From: Candidatus Magasanikbacteria bacterium CG11_big_fil_rev_8_21_14_0_20_39_34
GTDB taxonomy: Bacteria; Patescibacteriota; Patescibacteriia; Magasanikbacterales; UBA922
Assembly (NCBI GenBank): GCA_002787355.1
Contig: PCWN01000001.1
Location: 13,838-77,837 of the forward strand
Reading direction: 5' to 3'
DNA: 64,000 nt
Positions 56,611 to 64,000 of this stretch are shown piece after piece (positions within the stretch are counted from its first letter, which is position 1; each line of letters starts with the position of its first letter). A model generated the notes under the pieces. The model saw nothing but the letters and a program-made list of their open reading frames with translations, ran no database searches and had not been told where the DNA came from. Both the position numbers and the translations under genes were made by a program.

Positions 56611-56639
56611 ATCCCGTGAAAGCGGGATTTTTTGTTTTG

Positions 56640-56640
<1 letters not shown>
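56611..56640. terminator. bidirectional rho-independent terminator
   Basis: AAAAAAA-ATCCCG-TGAA-AGCGGGAT-TTTTTGTTTTGT between 3D-domain gene (+) and tRNA-Cys (-). Confidence 0.5.
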
Positions 56641-56713
<73 letters not shown>

Positions 56714-56849
56714 ATAGGCAAAGTATGAGAATCATATCATAAGAAGGCTTTTTTTTCAAGGGGGCAAAAGGGAGCTTGAGAAAAGAAAACAGTCCTTTTT
56801 TTGCTTGTTTTTATGTGATATGATAGTGGAACGGAAACTAAAGAAACTT

Positions 56850-59528
56850 ATGAAAAATGAACGTTTTGTCATTGTAGACGGAAATGCCTTGGTGCATCGC
56901 GCCTATCATGCCATTCCCCCTTTGAGTACCAAGGAAGGGCTTAGTGTGAATGCCGTGTACGGATTTACTTCTATACTTTTAAAAATTTTACAGGATTTAA
57001 ATCCCAGTCATATTGCGGTAAGTTTTGATGTGGCCGGTGGAACCTTTCGGGACGACATTTATGAAGATTATAAAGCTACTCGTGTAAAGGCAGATGATGA
57101 TCTGTATAATCAGATTCCGTATTGCTATGAGGTGGTAGAAGCGCTTGATATCCCTATCTTTACCAAGGAAGGCTATGAAGCAGATGATGTGATAGGAACA
57201 CTGGTAACAGAATTTGAAACCCGCAATGCAAAACTGGAAAGTGTAATTGTCACGGGTGATAAAGATCTTTTGCAGTTGGTAGATGACCAAACAAAAGTAT
57301 ATCTTCTCAAAAAAGGGATGAGTGATTTTCAGCTCTATGATGAAAAAGCTGTACAAGAAAAATTTGGATTCCTTCCCAAGATGATGATTGATTATAAGGC
57401 GCTCATGGGAGACAGTAGTGATAATATTCCGGGTGTGAAAGGAGTTGGACAAAAAACAGCTATGGAACTTTTGGAAAAAATTGGTTCTGTGGAGGAAATT
57501 TACCAACAGCTGAAAGATCCAAAATCAAAAATAAAAAATGCTTTTAAACCTGCAGTTCTTACAAAACTCGAGAATGGTGAGGGTGATGCACGAATGAGTT
57601 ATACGTTGGCAACTATAATAACGGACGTACCGGGTCTTAAATTCAAGCTTGAAGATGCAAAAATTCGTGAGTTAGATAAGGACAAGATTCTCACGCTATT
57701 CCAGCGGTTCGAATTTGTTTCTCTTATGAAAAGACTTCCCGGTGAAGTTGGAGAAACAGTAAAGAAAGAAAAAAAGAAACATACGTTTGTAACGGTAGAT
57801 GAGAAGAATTTTGATTCAGTATGGAAAAAAATTCTTGCAAAAAAATATATTTGCGTAAAAGAAATTCTTACTTCAGAAAATGTCATGAACGCGGAACTTT
57901 CTGGTTTGGTTTTTTGTGTTGCAGAAGAAATTTTTTATATAGAACTCAAACATATAAATGAAACTCAACAAAAGAAACTTTTCGATGTTTTTGCTGGTGA
58001 TACCTTGATTATTGGTCATGATCTGAAACAACTTTTGAAAGCCTTTTTTCTCAAAGGAATTTCTGTTTCTGTGCCATTATTTGATGTGATGATTGCCAGT
58101 TATCTTATCAACTCTTCTGTACGTGCCCACGACATGAAATCAATTGTGCTTAAAACTTTTGGAAAAGAACTGAAAGATCCTTCTTTGCAAAAAAGTCTTT
58201 TTGGTACGGACCCAAAGGCTATGGGAGAGGAAGTAGGATATTATGAGGATCTTTATCATGAATATGAAAAAAAATTGGAGCAGGATAGTAACCTCGGGCT
58301 TTTTAATAGTGTAGAGATGGCGCTTATTCCTGTATTGGCGCGCATGGAGATATCCGGAATATGTGTAGACAAAAAAAGATTGGAGCAATTGTCAAAGGAA
58401 TCAAAGAAATCATTGGAAAAGTTAACAAAAAAAATTCACGAACTGGCGGATGAAGAATTTAACATTGCTTCTTCTATGCAGTTAAGAGATATTCTCTATG
58501 AGAAGTTGGGACTGCCTACGGAAGGTGTAAAAAAAGGAAAGACGGGATATTCAACGGCCGCCGCAGAGCTAGAAAAACTTCGGGATGCACATCCTATTAT
58601 TCCACTCATTGAAGAATTTCGTGAACTGGAAAAGTTACGCAATACTTATATAGATGTTCTTCCCACACTTATCAATACAAAGACTGGGCGGATCCATACC
58701 AGTTTTAACCAAGCGGTTGCAACCACGGGAAGGCTTTCTGGATCAGATCCAAATTTGCAAAATATCCCAATCCGTACTCAAGCAGGAAGAGAAATTCGTA
58801 AATGTTTTATTTCAGAAAAAGGAAAAGTATTAGTTGCCGCAGACTACTCTCAAATTGAGTTGCGGGTGGTGGCATCTTTGGCAAAAGATGAAAAAATGAT
58901 TGAAATTTTTAAAAAAGGTGAAGATATTCATAGTGCAACAGCTGCGGCAATCAATGGAGTTTCATTGGATGAAGTGACCAAAGACATGCGTCGGGCGGCA
59001 AAGGAAGTAAACTTTGGTGTGCTCTATGGAATGGGCGCGCATGGGCTTTCATGGCGTGCGGGCATTCCACATTGGCAGGCGCAAGAATTTATTGAAGGGT
59101 ACTTCAAAACATTTTCTGGGGTAAAAAAATATATGGATGCTACCCTAGCGCTCGCAAAAAAAGATGGATACGTAGAAACACTTTTTGGCAGAAGAAGATA
59201 TATCCCAGAACTGCATTCCTCGAATTTTCAGATAAGAAATTCTGGTGAGCGTATGGCTATTAATATGCCGGTGCAAGGAACGGCGGCGGATATAATGAAA
59301 ATGGCCATGATAGAGCTTCACAAAAAATTAGAAAGCAGAAAATCAAAAGATAAAAATGAAACAAACATTCTTCTTCAGGTACATGATGAACTTGTTTTGG
59401 AAACCCCGGTGGGAGAAGGAAAAGAAATAGCAAAACTTGTACAAAAGACTATGGAAGAGGTTGTGAAATTGGAAGTACCCGTAGAGGTACACGTGGAGAC
59501 AGGAACCAGCTGGGGAGAAATGAAATAA
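56850..59528 (+). CDS. polA: DNA polymerase I
   Basis: 5'-3' exonuclease N-domain (FVIVDGNALVHRAYHA), 3'-5' exo-like domain, polymerase motifs A/B/C (DYSQIELRV, RRAAKEVNFGVLYG, VHDELVLE); start set at MKNERFV. Confidence 0.93.
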   Translation: MKNERFVIVDGNALVHRAYHAIPPLSTKEGLSVNAVYGFTSILLKILQDLNPSHIAVSFDVAGGTFRDDIYEDYKATRVKADDDLYNQIPYCYEVVEALDIPIFTKEGYEADDVIGTLVTEFETRNAKLESVIVTGDKDLLQLVDDQTKVYLLKKGMSDFQLYDEKAVQEKFGFLPKMMIDYKALMGDSSDNIPGVKGVGQKTAMELLEKIGSVEEIYQQLKDPKSKIKNAFKPAVLTKLENGEGDARMSYTLATIITDVPGLKFKLEDAKIRELDKDKILTLFQRFEFVSLMKRLPGEVGETVKKEKKKHTFVTVDEKNFDSVWKKILAKKYICVKEILTSENVMNAELSGLVFCVAEEIFYIELKHINETQQKKLFDVFAGDTLIIGHDLKQLLKAFFLKGISVSVPLFDVMIASYLINSSVRAHDMKSIVLKTFGKELKDPSLQKSLFGTDPKAMGEEVGYYEDLYHEYEKKLEQDSNLGLFNSVEMALIPVLARMEISGICVDKKRLEQLSKESKKSLEKLTKKIHELADEEFNIASSMQLRDILYEKLGLPTEGVKKGKTGYSTAAAELEKLRDAHPIIPLIEEFRELEKLRNTYIDVLPTLINTKTGRIHTSFNQAVATTGRLSGSDPNLQNIPIRTQAGREIRKCFISEKGKVLVAADYSQIELRVVASLAKDEKMIEIFKKGEDIHSATAAAINGVSLDEVTKDMRRAAKEVNFGVLYGMGAHGLSWRAGIPHWQAQEFIEGYFKTFSGVKKYMDATLALAKKDGYVETLFGRRRYIPELHSSNFQIRNSGERMAINMPVQGTAADIMKMAMIELHKKLESRKSKDKNETNILLQVHDELVLETPVGEGKEIAKLVQKTMEEVVKLEVPVEVHVETGTSWGEMK

Positions 59529-59535
59529 CATTTAT

Positions 59536-62500
59536 TTATCCGCGCCATCTTTTCACAAAGGAAAGGGAGGAAGAAGAAATTTTCTTCAAAAAATTGAGTG
59601 CCATGGTACCACGTGCACGTGCCAGAAGCCCAATAAGAATGGAAGTAAGTCCGCCGGCTGTTGCGGTGAGGTACTTTTCGGTAATTGCTTCGGGAGGCTC
59701 TGTTATCGTTTCCGAAGACGAATCACGTATTGTCTTTTCAATGGGGTCAAGAATTAAAATATCTTCTGTACTTCGTGGTAAGAGCTGAAATTCATTTGAT
59801 CTCTTACTGACTATACCGGTAACTGAAACCCTATTACCAAGGTGATAGAAAGATTTCGTAATACCGGTATTTTTTTTGAAATAAATTTTCATCTCGGAAG
59901 TTCCATCATCAAGATACATCTGTGATCCTTTAAGCTCTGTAATTTCACCAGAAAGTTTAACCAGTTTTCCTACCATGGTATCTACAATATTTCCAATTTC
60001 AATTTGTAAAGGAAAAAGATCTGTATGACCAGAAGAAATTACTTTTATATCTTTTTTATCTGATATTTTTACTCGGGTTTCTCCAGATACTACAGAAATT
60101 TCTCCGGATACCTCAACCATATCTCCAATATGAATATTGGGAAAATCTTTTTTGTACATGTATACTTGTACTCCAGAACTTTCATTTTGTATATAAAAAA
60201 TTTGTGATCCCAAAGTTCCGGGAAGGGCTGCGACACGCCCTTCTACGATAACCTTATCTCCAATATCTGCATTATGGAGATTTTCAAGAGTCGCTTTAAT
60301 GAAAAAGTTTTGTTGTGTTTTTTTTGTTGAAGAAGGTGGAACACTGAAGGTAAAAACATTTTGTTTTCCTGGTGTTGGTGAGTTGGTCCAAACGTACTGG
60401 TTATAACTTTTATATACAAAGGCATATCCTTCTTTGGCCATATTATAGGAAGTGCTTTGTATGACCATATTTTTTTGATCAAGGATACGCACGGTGTCGG
60501 AATCATTATTGAGAACAAGACCGGTTTTTCCCCTTCCAAATACTTTGTAATCATTTCCTTTGAGAATGGTTCCGGTTGGAAAGGGAAAGGGTTTCGAACC
60601 ACCATCTACGTCATCCAGCTGAAGTCCTGAGAGATCCATATCATCTTCATTTGGATTGAAAAGCTCTATAAATTCTGCTTCATCATCACCATATGGATTG
60701 GGCATGATTTCTGAAATAATAAGAGTGGCTGGATCTGCCCAATTGTATCCTCCCGTACCAAAATTTTCTCCAAGAGAAAGTAAGAATGCTTCTGAGGAAG
60801 TATTGAATCCGTCATGCACAAGAAGAGTTCCAGAAAAAAGACCCTCATGATCAAACATAAATTCAACCAATTCCCCTTCTTTTGTTTGAGAATCAATGTG
60901 CCATTCAAACTCAAGAGGATCATTTTCCGGATCAGTCGTATCTGACGCATCTAAAAGTATGTGAGTATTCTTTTGGAGGTTTTTTGGGATGGAAATGACA
61001 ATGTTTGGTGCTAAATTTTCAGGGGTTGTGGTACTGTGGGGGTCGAAGTTTTTCACCCAACCACCCAAGCCATTGTGAAATATATACACTTCCCCTTCTT
61101 GAATAGTTTTGTTGTAATTTATTTGATGAATGATATTTCCAGAAGGTGACAAAATTTTTACTTCTTCTTCACCGGAGTTATTGAGGGCTATTCCTGTTTC
61201 AGATCGCCAAAATACATGGCTTTCCTGTGGTAAAAGGATTAAATCATGTATGGTATATTGCTTTGCTGATGCATCGGCAAGTTTAAATCCAGTAACATCA
61301 AAAGAAAGCTCGCCGGTATTTTGAATTTCAATAAATTCATTTTCGCTATCCTGTCCAACAGGGTTTGGAGAAAAACGAATAATTTTTAAAGGAGCATGGA
61401 TAACACCATTCTCCTGAATTGGCAGAGAAGTTTTTTCTGACATATTTTCTTTCTCCTCTTGTATACTATTTGCTTTGCCTTTGGTAATTATTTTAGTCAC
61501 CACAAAATCAGCTTCATCGTAGTTGGTGTCTATTCCATCCTTCTTTCTCGCAAGACTACTGGGATCGTGGGCTATGGGGGCAGCACCGAGTTCTCCGTAT
61601 CCAAGGCTATCAATGAGTTGGCCATCTTTGTCATACAATTTTATTAAGTCACCCTCATTGTTTAACCGACCACGGGGATTTTCCAAAACATAAAAGTCGT
61701 GAGGAAGAATGATTCTATCTTCCAAAAGCGTACGCGTTGCGCCACCGTCTTCAATCCACCATCCCCCAAGGTATATATTGTTTTTTTGTGTATTATAAAA
61801 TTCAATAAATTCTACCTGACCATCCGTTGGGTCACTTACAATTTCGTTTATAACCACATCTGACTCATGGAAAGTATTTTTTTGTTCTTGGTATGAACCG
61901 CTTGCCGGCGGAGTGGCGGGAGTCTTCGTATTGGTTTGTTTCTTTTGTATTGGAACAAAAACATTTGGGCTTCCTGGTGTTGGTTGTGTGGTTATAGAAA
62001 AGTCAGTGCTGTCTCGATCCGTATCAAAACCATCAGGGAGTCGTATTCCGCTTTGGGCTGTTTCCGGTGCTGGTGCATTGGTCGTATTATCGGTATGTTC
62101 TGCGTCAGTATAAGAACCATAGTATAATCTATCAATAATTTTTTCATTTCTATCTTTCAACTCAATAATATCACCCGAATTATTAAATCTATTACTGCTT
62201 GTCACAATGAGAAAAGATTCTTCTTGAAGTACACCATCCAAATAGGTGGTGCGTACATTATCTTTCAGAGAAAAACCAGTTATATCTATGGGGGTAAGTC
62301 CTGCATTGTATATTTCCACCCACTCGTATTCACTGGGTGTTGGATTACTCAAAAATTCATTTATTTTGAGAGGCGTGCCTACAGGTTGCGGTACTCCATT
62401 TCTCCCTTCCACGGATATGAGGAGACTTTTTGTGTCCGTTTGTCCTTTTGTGTCTGAGACCGTAACGGACACAAGATAGTCTCCTGGGGTAGAAAACACA

Positions 62501-63330
62501 TGTTGTATAGTTGCTTGCTCTGTGGTTGTTGTGTGGGAGTCGTTGAAATCCCAAAAAAACGTAAGAGTGTCACCGTCTGGATCTGATGAGAGACTGGCAT
62601 CAAAGGAAACACTTTCTCCTGCGTATATATTTGAAAGATTGCTGGTAACATACACTTGTGGTGGGTGATTTTCGTATGGAAGGGGTGCACTTTGTGAATT
62701 CTGTGGTGAACGGTCATTCCTTAAAAAATCATTTGCATTGTTGTTCGTATCTTGTCCATTTCCCAGAGATCCTGTAGGAAATCGCTCAATACTTTTTCCT
62801 GTTGTGGGGTTTTGTGCTGCAGCTTCCTCGTAGGAAAGGATATTTCCAAATCCTACAAGATCAATAACTTCAGAACTATCCTCTAAAAAGAGGGTATTAT
62901 GATCTGCTATGGATACGGTACTTGATGAGTCCCCATAGACAAAGTCTGGTGCCACATAATTATCTTGTGTAGAGTTTGCTATTACATAGTCTTGATGGGC
63001 AACGAGAAAAAAACCATGTGATGGTATACTTTGGTTATCAAGATTAGCAATAAGTATCTTATCTTCAGACTGAATTTTTGTAGCCGTAAACTTATAAAGA
63101 GATATTCCTGAAAGATTGATGAGTTCATTGGTTGGGTTGTATAACTCAACATATTCATCTTTTGAAGATGTATCTCCTTTTGTGCTTACTTCACTTATGA
63201 CAATATGATTAGAAAAATTTGGACCATCTGCGGTTACAAAGATTTTTTGAAAAGAAAAAAGTGTAAACAAAAAAATTGCTCCCAGGGGAAGCAAAAAAGC
63301 AAAAAAAAGTCCCCTCCTATAAATTTTCAT
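59536..63330 (-). CDS. large cell-surface protein with multiple lamin-tail domains, PKD domains and a C-terminal OB-fold domain plus membrane anchor
   Basis: signal peptide; >=5 LTD repeats (e.g. HIVISEVSTKGDTSSKDEYVELYNPTNELINLSGISL; LIISEIMPNPYGDDEAEFIELFNPNEDDMDLSGLQL), PKD-like DPDGDTLTFFWDFND, OB-fold block IGDKVIVEGRVAA...GDMVEVSGEISVVSGE, C-terminal hydrophobic anchor. Confidence 0.8.
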   Translation of the reverse strand: MKIYRRGLFFAFLLPLGAIFLFTLFSFQKIFVTADGPNFSNHIVISEVSTKGDTSSKDEYVELYNPTNELINLSGISLYKFTATKIQSEDKILIANLDNQSIPSHGFFLVAHQDYVIANSTQDNYVAPDFVYGDSSSTVSIADHNTLFLEDSSEVIDLVGFGNILSYEEAAAQNPTTGKSIERFPTGSLGNGQDTNNNANDFLRNDRSPQNSQSAPLPYENHPPQVYVTSNLSNIYAGESVSFDASLSSDPDGDTLTFFWDFNDSHTTTTEQATIQHVFSTPGDYLVSVTVSDTKGQTDTKSLLISVEGRNGVPQPVGTPLKINEFLSNPTPSEYEWVEIYNAGLTPIDITGFSLKDNVRTTYLDGVLQEESFLIVTSSNRFNNSGDIIELKDRNEKIIDRLYYGSYTDAEHTDNTTNAPAPETAQSGIRLPDGFDTDRDSTDFSITTQPTPGSPNVFVPIQKKQTNTKTPATPPASGSYQEQKNTFHESDVVINEIVSDPTDGQVEFIEFYNTQKNNIYLGGWWIEDGGATRTLLEDRIILPHDFYVLENPRGRLNNEGDLIKLYDKDGQLIDSLGYGELGAAPIAHDPSSLARKKDGIDTNYDEADFVVTKIITKGKANSIQEEKENMSEKTSLPIQENGVIHAPLKIIRFSPNPVGQDSENEFIEIQNTGELSFDVTGFKLADASAKQYTIHDLILLPQESHVFWRSETGIALNNSGEEEVKILSPSGNIIHQINYNKTIQEGEVYIFHNGLGGWVKNFDPHSTTTPENLAPNIVISIPKNLQKNTHILLDASDTTDPENDPLEFEWHIDSQTKEGELVEFMFDHEGLFSGTLLVHDGFNTSSEAFLLSLGENFGTGGYNWADPATLIISEIMPNPYGDDEAEFIELFNPNEDDMDLSGLQLDDVDGGSKPFPFPTGTILKGNDYKVFGRGKTGLVLNNDSDTVRILDQKNMVIQSTSYNMAKEGYAFVYKSYNQYVWTNSPTPGKQNVFTFSVPPSSTKKTQQNFFIKATLENLHNADIGDKVIVEGRVAALPGTLGSQIFYIQNESSGVQVYMYKKDFPNIHIGDMVEVSGEISVVSGETRVKISDKKDIKVISSGHTDLFPLQIEIGNIVDTMVGKLVKLSGEITELKGSQMYLDDGTSEMKIYFKKNTGITKSFYHLGNRVSVTGIVSKRSNEFQLLPRSTEDILILDPIEKTIRDSSSETITEPPEAITEKYLTATAGGLTSILIGLLARARGTMALNFLKKISSSSLSFVKRWRG

Positions 63331-63503
63331 ACCTCCTTCGTTAAAAATTTGAATCGAAAATAATTATAACAAGTCATTTTTTCTTGTCAAGAACTCAAAC
63401 AAAAATTTTTTATACCCATATTGCAGTTTATAAAGGAATACACTATACTTGTCCTTGGGTGCTTTCATTCACCTCTATACTTTTTTATTCTTAATCCTTC
63501 TTT

Positions 63504-64000
63504 ATGAAAGGAAAATGTTCTTCTTTTGCAGGTAAGGGACTCTTTCTCTTACGTTTGTTTGTTGGTATCATCTTTGTATCTCATGGTTGGGATAAACTTC
63601 ATGACCTTGATATGACCAGCCAAGCATTTACGGCAATGGGTATTTTTGCACCTGGAGCTATGGGTGTTCTCACGGGTATTATTGAACTCCTGGGTGGTCT
63701 TGCCCTTATCTTAGGAGTTTTTACCTGTGCTGCCTCTACCCTATTGGCTTTGGTAATGCTTGGAGCGATCCTCATGGTTCACCTGAAGAATGGACTTTCT
63801 ATGATGAATGGTGGATTTGAATATCCACTGGCTCTTCTTGGTGCTTGTCTTGCTATTCTTGATGCCGGTCCTGGAAAGTGGGCTCTTTGTCCAGATAAAT
63901 GTGGATCTTGGTCTAAGAAAAAAGGTGGATGTTGTGATGAAAAAAAGGAAAAGAAAGGCTGCTGTGGTGGAGGAAGCTGTGGCTCAGGAGAAAAAATGTA
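63504..64000 (+). CDS. DoxX-family membrane protein with Cys/Gly/Lys-rich tail (5' partial, runs off window)
   Basis: hand translation MKGKCSSFAGKGLFLLRLFVGIIFVSHGWDKL... 4 TM helices typical of DoxX; no stop before window end; not in ORF track. Confidence 0.5.
   Translation, partial: MKGKCSSFAGKGLFLLRLFVGIIFVSHGWDKLHDLDMTSQAFTAMGIFAPGAMGVLTGIIELLGGLALILGVFTCAASTLLALVMLGAILMVHLKNGLSMMNGGFEYPLALLGACLAILDAGPGKWALCPDKCGSWSKKKGGCCDEKKEKKGCCGGGSCGSGEKM

Overview
This 64 kb window is low in G+C (about one third by eye), gene-dense and mostly housekeeping. Gene content resembles a small-genome Parcubacteria/CPR-like bacterium, but that lineage is my inference only.

Housekeeping backbone:
- rpoC and rpoB, convergent with a Cys/Asp-rich surface-protein fragment at the left edge.
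- ftsK, a RodZ-like gene and recA.
- A DNA-repair and RNA-modification block: nth, a polytopic membrane protein, trmB, a CYTH protein, a MazG-like NTP pyrophosphohydrolase, mutY and a SpoU methyltransferase.
- A tRNA-Ala/Phe/Pro cluster.
- The origin region holA - rpsT - dnaN - dnaA, with DnaA-box clusters flanking dnaA.
- An ECF sigma factor, a DUF5667 protein and PBP1A.
- A 3D-domain protein, tRNA-Cys, polA, and a 1264-aa lamin-tail-domain/PKD/OB-fold surface protein.

Accessory-looking content:
- Four paralogous divergent cassettes, each a TrmB-family HTH regulator next to an orphan LivJ-like lipoprotein substrate-binding protein. Three are clustered at 44.2-50.9 kb and one at 13.8-16.0 kb.
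- An operon next to the tRNA cluster encoding a HerA/FtsK/VirD4-superfamily ATPase plus a 576-aa protein built from duplicated cysteine-rich modules, with a Cas4-like nuclease on the other side of the tRNAs.
- At least five short islets (0.25-0.7 kb) of conspicuously higher G+C, each carrying its own small ORF. One encodes two canonical RanBP2-type zinc fingers.
- A roughly 180-bp GAA/GAG trinucleotide tract giving FtsK a poly-glutamate tail.
- A GGDEF protein.
- A near-identical 24-bp palindromic terminator element present twice.

No rRNA, CRISPR array, integrase or transposase was seen.
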